Shown here: positions 11,841 through 52,361 of the stretch, piece after piece | How positions within the stretch are numbered: position 1 is the first letter of the stretch | Layout of the letters: every line of letters starts with the position of its first letter | Assembly (NCBI RefSeq): GCF_023055435.1 | Contig: NW_025963779.1 | Location: 67,580,001 to 67,644,000, forward strand | Source of the DNA: Haliotis rufescens | Taxonomy: Eukaryota | Direction: 5' to 3' | Length of the DNA: 64,000 nucleotides | The notes under the pieces: generated by a model | Databases searched by the model: none | Seen by the model: the letters and a program-made list of their open reading frames with translations, nothing else | What the model was told of the DNA's origin: nothing | Program-made: the position numbers and the translations under genes

Positions 11841-14800
11841 TTTAGTTAGTGAATGTTCTTTTACAGAGCAGTTTGTAATAGTGCTGCTACTACCACTGTG
11901 ATTTTTACATTAACGACTTTGGACCAGACAAACCAGTGATTGAAAGCATGATCAATGATACACATCATTTGGTTACAATAACAAAAAAAATCAGCCACAC
12001 ACACAGTGCATCCACATGATCACTATCTTTAGACAGTCTTTACCACGAGCTTTAAGTACCACTATGAGTAAGGAACCTATTCCATCCTAGAATCCAGGAG
12101 GACAATGCTTGATATGTACACATGTTACATGTATGGTTTCTGAGGGCAAGACATTGACTTAGTGGATCTGTCCTGAACCATGTGCATTCTTTGACATTCC
12201 GCTTCCAGAACTAAGTGTGCAGTGGTGTTGAGTACACTGTACAGATTGCATGTTCTCTTTATCATTTTTGTGATTAAGGACCCACCATTTAATATTCTGG
12301 TGGGGTGGGGGCTGTTTGATTTATTTTCTTTTGGTCACTGCTTCCAAAACTGCAATATTTTCTTTGAAAAGAGGAACCAAACATTAAAATATAGAAAAAA
12401 TATTAAACCCCAGTTCTGTCAGCATGGTCATGACATCCACCAAACAAAATACTTCTTTCCACTTACTTCTGGAATAAAATATTTTATTATAAAAATTCTA
12501 ACCACCCCAGGATATCCAGCATAGTTGTACATGCAATTTATACAAGCAAGAAGCAGTGACTATGATCTTGTCTTATACTGCAACAAGCTACTACTACTGC
12601 TCACACACTACTATACACTACTTTCTCCTAAATCTACAAAAATTATCTTTTTCTAAAAATTGATATACTTCCAGATACTACGACATATGTTCTAGTAAGT
12701 ATATTGGCGCCATTATCTGTATTGGCTGGGAGTTACTAAAAGGAAACTTGATACAGTTCATTAAACACATAAAATGGCTGGAAGTCTACACGATGTCCTC
12801 ACACATGCTGGGAAACAGACACCACAAAGTGTCACCACTCAGCAGTGATCACATCAGTCTTAAAGCAATATACAGCAGTCACTATAGACTAACATCTAGT
12901 TTCTGAAATGAACATATCCTACAGAAAAAAACAGTTGTTCAGTTATCTTAATAAAAATATAATAAAAGGGAGCCCAGTGACTCTCTTCATTTTCAGACTT
13001 GCCAAACATTATAGACTTGCATGGGCTGTATTTGATATATATTTGTATCAGGGCCTGTAAGACAGACTACAGTCACTATGTCAAACCTGAATACACTATG
13101 TACACACTTGCATCCAACTCAAGCCATCTCATTCAGACAATCACATGCAATGAGAGCTGAAATAAAACAAATGTTATTATGTGTGAATAATTACAATGTG
13201 CAGAGGTATTTGGAAACAAACATATAAAACAAAAAATCTAAGACAAAATATTTCTCTTTTTTTGTCTTCAGTAATGCTTAGGTATGGTCAGTTCATCCTT
13301 GTGTTGTGTTCTGGTCACAATGATAGCTGACCACACCTGCTTACTAATTACTTACAACCACAGTTTCAACGTGAACACTCACCTAGAGCGTGCAAATCTG
13401 GTAAGAACTTAAGGATGTCTGCTAGCCTTTGTTCAGTGGTAACAAAGTATTAACATTTTTAAAGACATATAATCTGAATATTTTAATCTTACTGTTCGAA
13501 TGAAGACATAGATGAGTTCTGTCACCATCACCACGACAACTGGCCAAATAATTTGTTTGTTTTTCACTGTTTTACAATTAGGTGAAATGAAAAAACACAC
13601 AAGATTTTATCATCTGTTCATAAGAAATGGTGAATAATATATATAAAAATCATTATTCTAACAACAGACACAGTCAAGTATCTTTTGGTATCTTCTTGTG
13701 TTGAAACAATTTTGTTTTTCATTCATTAGTCATGTTAGTAGCAGTGACCTTAGTGGAAGTTGAGAATTATGTTAATGTTGTTTTCGACCTACATTCGATT
13801 TTGGGCCAAGATTTTTGTAAAATAAAAAATAAAAAATAAAAGGCAACAATAGACCTCAGACTGCCCATGCTGCTTGAGCACGTAAAAAAATGACGGAGTT
13901 GTCCAGCAGAAACAAAAGGGAACCAGCAGACATCCACCCACAAATATTGCTAATAGTGGCCTTCAAACATATTTTAACACAACATTCCATCTATAAACAA
14001 ATCAGACACCCTGTCACACAGCCATACATTCAGTTGGCTTCACACGCACACACACAACAGCTGATCATTGCGAGAATATTGACTACCCCCTGTTGTGGTC
14101 AATACATCATTACACAGACACACATGTTCATATAGCACCTTGTCAACTGAGGCTGTGGGCAATTTACAATCAATTCAGTGAAGGTTATTGCTAGGAGACT
14201 AACAGTGCTATACTAACCAATAAGTTTGACACAAAATACAGATACAACAAACTCCATCGACCCTCCAAACTTTAGTTTTGATCCCATGAAACGTACAATG
14301 ACCCTACATTACAACTCCTCCATTAGTTCAGACAACAGTGCTCAGAATGAAGGATGGAAGTCAAGAGGGTCCTTATGGGGTATACTGTTTAGCATAAAAC
14401 AAGAAATGTAAATGTAATCTTTATCGTAAAAGATTAACGTAGAATGTGCATAAGAAACTGAAAAGCGTAAATTATAACTTAACTGTTAGCATAACCATGC
14501 TAAAATCTCATAAAAGTCGTATATGTACATCTACATAACTCAGTGTTTCGTATTTGCAAAACATGAACTGCAGTAATGAAACGAGAGAAGAAACAGCTGT
14601 CACCATGTTTCCCAGACTGATGATCTGCATGCACATAAATACAATTTCACATTTTGACAGCTTGTCCGCTATTCACATGTTTTTTTACTGACAAAGACCA
14701 AAAGATAATGACTACTGACTAAAGGCTGTCAATTAAACTGTCTGCTTGTGACCCCCCAACAGGACCCTCAGCCAAGGGGTTCCTGTCACATTACTGAGGG

Positions 14801-15442
14801 TTAGGGTGTGGGGGTGATGCCAGTGCACCCATTTTCAGAAACCTTTGTTTTCAACCTTCTTCGTCTATCCCTCTATCACGTGTTGTTTTTTAAACTCTGT
14901 GACTTGGACAGTGTGTACCACACTCTTTCACCCATCCCAACCCACACTTAGTCTTTCTTAAATCCTGGATCTGCCTCAAAATCAAAAATCAAATGTATAG
15001 AAATTTAATGCTGACATTGTCTTTAATAAGTTGCTAGTTCTAAAAACCATACTGACACGGGACTACTCACAATTTGTACAACTGGATAGAGTTCATCACA
15101 CCTGAGTATTCACTCTGCTGAGCTGATTCAACATCACTGTTCTTATCGAACATTCATTTTCAATCACGAGTTTATGGATTCTGTCCTTCAATGTTGATCA
15201 TGTTAATGTATTTAAGACTGCAAGAAACAAGGACTAGATCACTATTTTCCAAAAATTGAAAATACATCCTACTTTTAACATTTATATATCATAATATATT
15301 TCAAAATATATTTCAATCATTATTCTATTCATACTTACTTTTCAAATTTGATAATAAATTGCACACAACCTATATGACATACATCTCTATTTGTTAGGAA
15401 GATATATACACATATATCATTGTATATCACACTATGCTGTTC

Positions 15443-41293
<25,851 letters not shown>

Positions 41294-41797
41294 TTTTGAC
41301 AAATAGACTGCTTGCTTACTCCTGTGAATGATTCAATATCCAGATAGACCGTTTAAACTGCCACTTTATAGTTTATCTAAGGTCTTCTTTGTTAATGGCA
41401 TTGTTGAAAGGTCCTTTCCTGAAACTCCCTTCAGCGTAGGGTTTTGTTGTACAAAATAAGCAGATAATCTACTCGCAAATGAATCTGAACAAAACATCGA
41501 TGCTTCTGTCAATAACTCGGACAACAGCCGGCACTGAGGCTTGGAGTCGTATCTCCGTAATTTGGTAACAATTGAAATTTTCCCTTATAAATGCGCTCAG
41601 ATCTATCCATGAAAATGGTCTGAGTGAAGTTGCTCAAATCAATTCCGCACGATACGTGTAAAACAAAACTTTCTTCGTAGCCAGGCTGGCACTTTCATCC
41701 ACCGGAAGGAAGCAGCAGACGGGATTCCGAGTCTGCGCAATTGAGAGCGATTTATTCAAAAGTTAGAACTCCTCGCTGAAAAGTGATTTTATTTACG

Positions 41798-42465
41798 AGG
41801 TGAGGTGAAATGGGGTTCAGCGTCGCACTCAAGATTATTGTACTTTTATGGAGTCATGCATGAACGTATGTATGTGAGTGTGGCTGCTTGTACTAGTCCT
41901 GACTGTTGCCGATTTTAAAGTGCTAGAACACTGAGATACCGAGCCGAGAGCCGCGATGGGGTCCTACAGTCAAGACATGACCCGACATCACGGCCGAGAA
42001 CATCCAATGTAGCACCAGCACAGCATAACCACTAAACCAGGAAACAAGGCCGGCTACCGTCGAAACATAAAGTGAAAGGGTTATCGGTCTGTTATTACCT
42101 CAAGTTGTGGTAATAAAATTATGACGAGTACGTGTATAGATAGGGAAATTATCTGGGAGTACAGCTATATCAACTTTTCAGTCCCAAACCCACGGGAAAT
42201 GTTTTTAAAAAATCGCAGAAAAATACGAGGGTAATCGGCCACCACAGGACCCCATCGCGGCTCTCGACTATGAGATACTATGCCGCAATTTTACATGAAT
42301 ACCCAACTCTGACACAGAATACTGACTCCGAGCCGACCAGTCCTTCAGCCACTTATGCTGTACGTCAGACAGTGTAACAAGTACCATCTTTTGACGTCTT
42401 TTGGAATGACGCGGCCGGGGCTCGAACCGACGACCTCTCCGGGCAGACGCACTAGACCACGGAGG
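41798..42465 (-). mobile_element. SINE family B interrupted by a MITE
   Basis: Family B tail at 41798-41939 and head at 42271-42465. Confidence 0.8.
41941..42270. mobile_element. hAT-like MITE (~330 bp)
   Basis: TIR cgagagccgcgatggggtcct / aggaccccatcgcggctctcg. 8-bp TSD tgagatac. Confidence 0.8.
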
Positions 42466-43072
42466 TGATCTTTAATTCACGAAAGGCCATTTATGTGAAA
42501 CGTATCCTCGCTGTAGTGTTGACGCGTTTTCAGGTTGATGGTATCTTTCATGTCGTTTCACTTCATGGTGACCCTTTCTGGTTGGTATATCTTTTGAAAA
42601 ACCATGAACTCATTTCACATCGTGGAAAATACAACACAAATACGTAAATATATAGCGATTATTAAACGAACAAGTGTGTCATACTGATTTTACGAAACGA
42701 GTGGCATCGCAGTCCACGGCATGCTGATAACATTGATCACTGGCTTGTCTGGTCCAGACTCGGTTATTTACCGGCGGCGTCATACAGGTGGACTATTGTT
42801 GGAGTGCGGCGTTACAAAACAAACAGACATAATACACCTTTCATTATTCCTCCATAAAACTTTGCAAATATATCAGGTTGGTAGTACCACAGTGCCTATT
42901 GTAATCACAGAAAGTCCTGATAACTGGAGTAAGCCTAAACACACCAAATTAGTCAAAGTCTAACGAACAGCTACATTCTAAAATTAGCAACAATAGCCAT
43001 GACAGAGAAACATACTTGACCTGTTCCTACGCAGCGATATCTAGTATTTGTCGGCTGAGCTTCTAATTGAGA

Positions 43073-43158
43073 CATGTGTGAAGCCCATTTATGGTGTCCC
43101 CCGCCGTGATATTGCTGGAATATTGCTAAAAGCGGCATAAAACCTTACTCACTCACTC
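43073..43158 (+). mobile_element. SINE family A, 3' half
   Basis: atgtgtgaagcccattt.tggtgtcccccgccgtgatattgctggaatattgctaaaagcggc...actcactcactc. Confidence 0.8.
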
Positions 43159-43980
43159 TAATTAAGACACACTTCACAACGTTTAACCGACCTGTGAAAT
43201 GAGCGCGTAAATAATCTACCGAAGAGTACAGTCAATAACGAAGGAACTGTTTCCGTAATTTGTTTGTTTTCCCGACATTTCTAACATCTTGTTTACACTG
43301 ATGCATAGTTTTCGCATTGAATTTAATCCTACGCATCACTAAATTGTCTAGAATTGTTTCCACAAGGGAAGTAACTCTGCTATACTTATCAGTCGTCATT
43401 GTTGGCCTTGCATGCTGACTTGCTGTATTGATTGTTGTCATTAAGGAGTGTGGTTGTGGACAGTGTACATATTTTTCATATTTTTACATAATTACAAAAT
43501 TAGAATTGTATAATCATTGCAAAAACAGTTTACAGTGCAAGCAATCAATTTGGAAGGCCTATATTGATTTGGATTCTGAGATTGCGTGTAATACTATTTG
43601 CAGCAATAATAATGGTTCGCGTGTATTAACGTTAAACTAGAACTGCTTTCCATGTCACCAGGCTACTAGCTCAAGATCATATTTTAGGCGTTGCTGGACA
43701 GACTCTAAATGAAAGCAACTTAGATTACAAAAGATTACAGGTTCTCAATTTGCAGAATCAGTGACACTTTCAGCTGACCAGATTTCCACCGGCAAAAGGT
43801 CAATGACTCCCCTGAATGCACACTGACGAATTTATTGTACAATGATTATATGAAACTATTCCGTGTTGTCGGGATAATGATGAAATACGTGTAAATTCGT
43901 GCACAATGGTTACGTCGAAAAGATTATAAAAATCTTAAATTCTGTCGTTTCTTCTGCCCTCTACATGTATATACTATACT

Positions 43981-44177
43981 TATGGAAGTCTAGAAGGGAC
44001 ATTGTCGCGTTGTCGGCCTTACAAAAACAAGCAAAAAGTGTTAAAAACACAAACAAAGCGCGACAATGCGACATTTTAGCCACTTGCCGCATTGTGGCGT
44101 TGTCACCCTTTGGTAAAATAAAACAAAAGATTATACAAAGCGCGACAATGCAACAATGTCGCTTCTAGGATTTCATA
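43981..44177. mobile_element. Palindromic MITE (~195 bp)
   Basis: ctagaagggacattgtcgcgttgtcg ... gcgcgacaatgcaacaatgtcgcttctag inverted arms. Confidence 0.6.
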
Positions 44178-44575
44178 CATACTAGATATATAACATATGG
44201 ATATGCAGTCACACAGCTGTCATTTAATCGATGGATATAGGCCTAAATGAGGCATACTAGTTCAATATGTATTAAAATGTATCGATTATTAATAGTTGAT
44301 TCGCCTGTGTCAACCGATGTTACGCTATTTCTGGCAACCAACTTGGTTGATGATTTTTTAGCGTTATTTTGAACTTTCTTGTCGTTTTATATACGTTAAA
44401 TTGAAAAGGTACAATGGCAACTTTACCCCAAACACTCGTTAACCTCTCATAGATGGTGTTATAGCAATACCTACGACTATTGTGTTTCTCCTTCGCCTGG
44501 TAGCCATTTTGTATTTTATTTGGAGTTCTGCCCAAAGGTAACCTGCATTAACACTGGTTAACTCAAGTTAATTCA

Positions 44576-44862
44576 GACCGCCTCCATGGTCTAGTGTCCG
44601 CCCGGAGAGAGGAAGGTCCGGGGTTCGATCCCCGGCCGCGTACCATACCAAAAGACGTTAAAAGATGGTACTTGTTGCTACCCTGTCTGGCGCTCGGCAT
44701 TAAGGGGCTAAAACAAGAACTGGTCGGCTCGGAGGCAGTATACTGTGTCTGAGTGAGGTATTCACGTTAAACTGTGACATGGTATCTCAGTGAGCTAACA
44801 CTATAAATCGGCATCAGTCCGGACTAATACAAGCAGCCACACACACACGCACACACACACGT

Positions 44863-44900
<38 letters not shown>

Positions 44901-44945
44901 CAATAATCTTGGACGCGACGTTAAACCCCATTTCACCTCACCTCA
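44576..44945 (+). mobile_element. SINE family B with expanded (CA)n
   Basis: gaccgcctccatggtctagtg...gggttcgatcccc...cataccaaaagacgttaaaagatggtac. (CA)n at 44837-44896. Confidence 0.85.
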
Positions 44946-45877
44946 AGTTATTTCAAGTCAACCCTGGGTGCCCAAACTGTTGTTATATCGGTCGAGTCGG
45001 TAATAGCGTGTTGATTAAAAATATAAACAATGTGTCGATCATAATGTTTCATCTTCGTATTTCTGAATCAAATATCCACAAATGCCCAGGACACCGCTTG
45101 CAATTATTTAGGATATTTAGGTCGACTCATTGTAAAATCTCAACTCGTCGTTATTCTGTTGCCACGGTATGACGAAAATCACGATTAAATAAAGAGACCA
45201 GAGGGGGAATCTGTCTCAATTTAAGCCATATTTCTAACATTCCAACAAGCAGCGACAGATAGGCTGTAAGTACTTACAAGGTTAGATTCGTGTATGCGTC
45301 CTCCATGCCACATACGTATGTGTGATCTATATACTAGTATTATAAACCATCGCAATAAACACGTGTACATCTGTTACATGCAGGTCATTTCGACATTGTG
45401 TGTCAAACAGATGCTTACATTGTATATATTGTATTGTTGATAGAAAATGTATTCTTTAAAATGTTCTCAACTAGTTTTAAAATCGAAACTTTGATACTCT
45501 AGTTATTCTAGTGTCCTTCGCTGACAGGTTTTTATTCCTTTAAATCTATGTATAATGTGTCAGTTCTCGTCACGATATGGCTGAAATATTGCCGATGTGA
45601 CGTTAAATATTAACTCACTCACTTACATTGTAACACACATAACAGGTAAAAAAATAGGTTGGATGTGTACAGTTTATGTTTTGACTTATTGAATGGTAGC
45701 CTTAAATTTATTTAATTTTATCGGAAAGAAAACACAGCTATATAAACACATTATTGGTTTGTGGTACGAACGAATATCACTATCAGTTTTTGCTATAAAT
45801 AAAATTAGCTGTATCAATATAAGGTAATTACACAAACTGTTTTTACGTTGTGATTCATTTTACAAATACTGATAATG

Positions 45878-46162
45878 ACTGAGTCGGTTAAGATCGCTGA
45901 CTTTGTGTGCTTGCGATTAGGTGCCTCACTCTGGCAGTGTGGGTTCGAATCCCGGATGGGAATGAACCCCCCAAAGTACTAGAATCTGTACTGTTCTAAG
46001 AAAGTCTTATCCCAAATATAACACGTGATGTTTGGGTTAGTCTATAGCAATGGAAATGTATCAGTCGATGGATGAGTAATCCACTCAACCATGACCTATG
46101 TCATTTTAAGCTGTCTTGACAAGTTGGAGCGACACCTCCGCCGAAAACACACACAAACACAC
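45878..46162 (+). mobile_element. tRNA-derived SINE (separate family) or tRNA pseudogene head
   Basis: gagtcggttaagatcgctgact ... gggttcgaatccc (A/B boxes, long variable region) followed by a body and an (ACAC)n tail. Confidence 0.55.
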
Positions 46163-47815
46163 CAGGTCCTTGTAAACATACACCTAGACATGGTGTAAAT
46201 CAATACATTCATGCTTCATTTAAGATCTGTTCGATGCATAACAGTATTCTCTATGACCAAGAGATGTGTGGTTCGCATGTAAGATGAAAAGTAAAATGTT
46301 CTCGTCATCAAATGGCCTGTTTAATTATTACTGATATGTCAATCATTGGCTTTCGAATTCGTCTCCGTATTTTTTACGATTATTTTCGTTCCGAAACAGC
46401 CGAAATAAGAAACCATCGATGACCTTAGTCCTGAAAATTCTTGAGTTGCGAAACATTAAGTAAGAAAGATCCTATCTTGTTTGGGGCTGTCCATAGACTC
46501 CCGTTCTCATTCTATGATGCATGTAATACACCATTTAATAAACATACAAAATTACGTCTGTAAAAAAATATTAAAATGGATTGAGAGTTGGCAATTGTTG
46601 AGAATAAAGAAGCTGTTTAGAATACAGCATAACCATTTTAGTGATTAAACCATTAAACAGAAGAAACCGTTAAATGTGATATTTACAGACATATCCAAAA
46701 CTAAACTATGTATGTTACTTCATATGTGTATGGATGGGTTCGAAAAGATTACAGGTTACCTTATCAGATACAGTATTTCCTCCCATTCCAGATAAAACTG
46801 GCGCATCAGTTCTGATCATCATAGAACTACATGAAACATCAACAATATAACAATAATTGAAATGCAAGAGAATAACCAGTCCAGATCAAATTTGGCGTAA
46901 AGTGCAAAATATCATAAAATTTCATGAATGGACAACTGAAATTCAGTGATGACACCAGGTGTTCGCACGGGTAAGCATGTCCTGCCCAACAGGGAGCACG
47001 CACCATTCACACAATTTGCATAAAAAAAGCACAGGAAAGATGTAAAACAACATAACAACATATTTGGGTGAAGACTACTTTATTCTAGAACAGAATAGAA
47101 ACCAATAACGTTCTTCCGAACCTTCACATTTCAAGATACTTTTTCATATTTATACACATCATCAACTGAAATTTCTTGACTTAACGATACCAGGACGAAG
47201 AATTGGTCACTTTTACTCATCAAATATTTTCCCTTTCGTGGGTTCCAGGAATGCATTAAAATCAGCAGAAGGAAAATGGACTACACCCATGCCAAAGATG
47301 GATTCACGTCTTTCAACGATCCCCTTAAACATGTCACCAACATGAAGCACGTGACTCAGAGTGTAGACACGTCTTGGTGTCTGCATCCGAAGATTGTGTT
47401 GCGATTTCGGATTTTCTCGTTCATTGCCCTCATCAACCTTCAACATCTCACCCACCTGAGGATGCCGCCATTGACATACACGGCACAATGAAGAGCAAAC
47501 AACCATGAAACTCTGCAAAGTTATAAGGATGGGTAGGACTGGTGCCAATGTATTATTATCAAAGACATTTAAACTTATTTATCCTAAGTCTTAACATATG
47601 TTGACAACTGGGCTTAAAAACATCAAATAAATCAAATACTAATAAGACAAATATTTCCTCATAGCTATATTCTTCAATTAACAACAGTAACCATGGCAGG
47701 GGTATATACTTGTCCTGTACAACAGGACAAGCAATATCTGTTCTTTTTCTGGTGAGGTTTTAATTATGGCCTGTCCACTTCACATTTTACCGACCTGTGT
47801 CATGAAGAGAAATTA

Positions 47816-48413
47816 ATCTACCAAAGAGTAGGGTCAATAATGAAGGAACTCTTGAATGATCCCAGCCAAGGCCCATAGTCATTCTTGAATGATTCCAGTC
47901 TAGGCCCAAGTCGCTATCTACCAAAGAGTACGGTCAATAATGAAGGAACTCTTGAATGATCCCAGCCAATGCCCATAGTCATTCTTGAATGATTCCAGCC
48001 TAGGCCCAAGTCACTATCTACCAGAGAGTACGGTCAATAATGAAGGAACTCTTGAATGATCCCAGCCAAGGCCCATAGTCATTCTTGAATGATTCCAGCC
48101 TAGGCCCAAGTCACTATCTACCAAAGAGTACGGTCAATAATGAAGGAACTCTTGAATGATCCCAGCCAAGGCCCATAGTCATTCTTGAATGATTCCAGCC
48201 TAGGCCCAAGTCACTATCTACCAAAGAGTACGGTCAATAATGAAGGAACTCTTGAATGATCCCAGCCAAGGCCCATAGTCATTCTTGAATGATTCCAGCC
48301 TAGGCCCAAGTCACTATCTACCAAAGAGTACGGTCAAGAATGAAGGAACTCTTGAATGATACCAGCCAAGGCCCATAGTCACTCTTGAATGATTCCAATC
48401 TAGGCCCAAGTCG
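47816..48413. repeat. 100-bp tandem repeat, 6 copies
   Basis: cca(a/g)agagta at 47821, 47921, 48021, 48121, 48221 and 48321. Each unit has two internal tcttgaatgat..cagcc.aggccca sub-repeats. Confidence 0.95.
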
Positions 48414-49519
48414 CTTGGCCCAAAAGTGATTTGAGCTAGGATTGAGTTGGGCCTCCTACACCGGTGTTAATGCGTTTTGTCTTCTGTTTGACACAGTCTG
48501 AAAGTAATACTTTTACAAGTAAGTAAAGTGATAAATTGATTTAAGCATAACTATTGCTGACACTGCGTAAAATATGGCTAATGTATTGCTATCAATTCCT
48601 ATCTTTGAACAATCACTTTCTTTGACAATCTCTTAAGGATGTTTGAACTAACAGCTGAAAGAGCGCACCTGTTAAAGTAGGTGGCTCGCCTGTTTATGTG
48701 TCACTTATCACAGACAGATTAGAACAACTTAGAAAGCAATAAAAAGATGAATAACTCCTGACATTGGTTTAGATTAAATGTAGTAGGTAAGTATGTGTAT
48801 TTATTACATAGCGTCCCTCACCTTGTATTTATATCATAGAGGCTCGACGCACTCTGTTTTTGGCTAACATTTACTTGATTATTAATAATGTTTGAATAGT
48901 CAGTTCATAATTATACATGATTTGTGATAAGTTTAAACTTGATCGGAAGCTGAGTGAATGTCTTTTTACGCCGTATCGATTTTCGTGCTATATCTGTGCG
49001 GTCTGTAATGATCGAGCCAGGACCCCGTTTCCCATAGTGATCTTAGCGATAAGACGATCTTAACTGCCATGCTTTAACATAGACTTGTATACGACAATCG
49101 AAGCGCTAAGATAGTTTTGTGAAACTGGACACTGGACTGATAGTATGACGAACTACATCGGAATACAAGCGTCATCGTGCTTTAACTATACTAATTCAAA
49201 GCAAAATTATACATTATTTCACAACATAGATACATAGACAGAGCAAACATTATTTCGTAATTCTATAACCTCAAACAGTATGAATGAAGCTTAAAAAACC
49301 CCGCCAATGTCGAACTTTAAAAATAGTCACGGCCGTAGAACTCGAAGAGATGTAGTCAAACAAAAGTGCAATCGATGATTCCAGTAACCTACATTCACAC
49401 ATCAACGTCAAATAGTACAATAATGACGCCAGATTACATGTCACCCTCGTGGAACACAATGACCACCATTAACCTTCACGATGGGTTTCCATTGAATGTG
49501 TTCCAGTGTGGGAGACATA

Positions 49520-52361
49520 ATGCTGACTCAACTGGGTTTCCTGGTTTTCTTCACTTGCTCTGCGCTGTCCTGGGACCCGGATGCTGGAATAGTTGTTTCT
49601 TTCACCAAACGCCCAGGCGCAAAGGCAATCGCTTCATCCAATCAGGATAAAGCCAACCTCGTCATTGACAGCAAGGACAGCACCCACTGGACCTCTGAGC
49701 CATGTCTGCCTATGAATTACATCAATAACAAGGACCTCAACGTGCTGTTCAACGCATGTCAAGAAGGACGTTGCACAACATCAACAGGATCGACAAGCGT
49801 GCCTTCTGCAACAGATGCTAATTGGAAAACGGTCTTCAAAGCTGGGGTCAGTAATGGACAGGCAGAACTTCATATAAGATTGAACAAAGATACCCCTCTG
49901 AAACTTGTATCCCTTCAAGGTAAATTCCACGGACCCACAACTCTGACTGTTGATCACGGTAACGACCACAAAACTATTAAAGTCCTAAATCCCCAGGATG
50001 ACTACCAGAAAGAGACTCTGGCCCTGAATAACGCATCTGCGCTCGGTATTTCTCTCACATCAAGTCAGTCTTTCTCCTTGGAGGAAATAGGAGCTCTTGG
50101 TCAACAAGGATGCGTCGATCGTCTAGTGATAGACCTTGGCTCAGTGGAGACTCTTGGTTCAATCAGAGTTCGATCCTGGCCAGGAGAAGAAACATACTAC
50201 TCCAGGTTGATGACGTCCCTTGACATGAAAACCTGGTACACCGTGACCGATATTGACCCCAAACTTGTTAATGCCCAATATTACAAGGTAGACCCTCCCG
50301 TGCGGGCGCGGTACGTTGCCATTGAGCATGACATCCATGACAAAGACTGGGTTAAATCGTTTGTTTGGGAACTTGATGCATTTGGCACTGATGGAGCCTG
50401 GGGTCCACCCCCAACTCCTAAGCCGAATCCTGATAGTTTTCATCAGATGTTTGGAGTAAATGGAATCTGGGGCTGGGGTCTTAAAGGACAGGTTCTACAT
50501 CCTGGACAGGGGGCCTTCCTGTACAGCCAGGTTGCCTCTCATGCCAGGAACTACCATCAAATAGGGTGGGACATTGCGAAGCTTGGGGACAGAGCTGGGT
50601 ATGACATCATGGCACAGGGACATGGGACCAGTGCCAAGTCTTGGGTGAACTGGGATACAGAGTATGGTATTTGGGTAAAGGCGAACTTGTCAATCGACGT
50701 CTCCATCCAGTTTAAAGCTGACAAGTACCCACCAAACCTATGGACCAACCCGAAGCAAGAGGCATACCAGTTTGGTAAGGATTTCGCTGCTCACTTTGGA
50801 CCTACAAAAGGCAATGGTCTTGTCACGGCAGCTGAAGTGGGAAATGAACCATGGGATTATCTTCACGATTTCTACGCCACAGTTCTTGAGGGAATGGCTA
50901 AAGGCCTCAAAGATGGAGATCCCGGTATCAAGGTCCTTCCTGCCGCACTCCAGTCATTTGACAAAACTGCAGAGAACCCTCCATGGCATGCCAACTATAT
51001 CGGTACAAGGGTGACCGAGGCAATTGCTCCATACATTGATGTGCTGAATGAACATGTATATAGTTTTGTAACTAAACCAAACGGCACTCGCATTCTATCT
51101 TACCCTGAAGATCATATGAGTGAGTTCAACGGCATGAAAAGTATGGTCAGATGGCGAGACGTGAACATGCCCAACACCCCTGTGTGGATCACCGAGTACG
51201 GCTGGGACTGTGCTGGAGCCGGGGAAACCTGCACCTACTCCGAGTGTGTGTCTGAACGGGCGGCAGCACTGTACGGCGTCCGGGCTCTCTTGATCATGGC
51301 TAGAATGGGTAGGTACAGGTACAGTGAAGCCTTGTTAGATAATTCCGTGTGACGGTTTTTGGACCAAATGTGTGTCCGTATACAGTGTAAAGACGTACCT
51401 GAGGAGTTTGTGCCTGACGTTTCGGAACCACGTTTATTGTTGATTGCTGTTGCATTTGAGGTACTGCGGGCTCCACTCTGGGACTGGGACACAATTTCGT
51501 TAAAAAAACACTGTGAGAGACACAAGTTTTGCCTTGCTTGTAGATGTCGCTCGGCGCCATAACCTGCTGTGTCAGCTTGCACTCACTGTACTGCATATGC
51601 TTATTTCAAGTCTGACGAAAACAGACATGTTTGCACGAGAATGTATTTACGTATTAATTATCCCATTCCCATAGGGATTCTGGGTCAGAATAAGCCCCCA
51701 AAACTGGATGGTTGCAACGATCGGCTGATTGTGTTTCATCGTACTCTTACTGAATGGATCGTTACTTAAGAAATCAGCCATTTGTTTTTACAGCTGTCTC
51801 CGTTTTCTATAGGCAGAAATGACATAGCTGGAGTAAAACTGCATTCTCTTACTCATGCATCTATGTGTTTCAGGTATTCAAAGAGCTACCTGGTTTTACT
51901 TTGAAAATCACGCGACGGCTGAATGCCCGCAACCGCGGATTTTCTGTCGCAGCGGCCTCACGGGATCCAAGGAGGTCAACTTTGCCAAGAAGAAGGTCTT
52001 TGATATCCACAAAGCCTTCCTTGACTACGTGGGCAACACACACTTCCTGCAGGTCGTCAAAGAGGACAATGATGCCTATGTCTATCTCCTTGGTGATGTG
52101 AAACATGGATCTGGCTCTCCCATGGCAACCCACGTTGTAGCTTGGCGACCTATCAATGCCGACGACACTTCATCTCAGTCTGTTTCTTTGAACCTACGAG
52201 CTCATCCTAAGTCTGCTAAATACATCACTCCTGATGGTCTGACCACGGCCCCAACACCGTCATCCAGCGGTGGACACTGGGTGGTCAGTCTCAAGTCTGA
52301 ACCTATTATAGTTGAGGTCAACAGCTTTGCTGTGTCTGGTGGAGTCAGCCCTGTTGGCTAA
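49520..52361 (+). CDS. Secreted clan GH-A glycoside hydrolase with N-terminal F5/8C (CBM32-like) modules, copy 1 (~758 aa)
   Basis: Exons 49520-51308 and 51874-52361 (phase-1 GT..AG). Signal peptide MLTQLGFLVFFTCSALS|WD. Discoidin-like motifs (IDLGSVETLGSIRV, PPVRARYV, WELDAFG), Pro linker, acid/base VGNEPW (Glu 50846-48), nucleophile VWITEYGW (Glu 51194-96). Confidence 0.85.

Noticed and set aside
41592-41598. TGCGCTC metal-response-element core upstream of the ZnT5 ATG
   Set aside because: A single 7-mer degenerate match is expected by chance and has no clustering.
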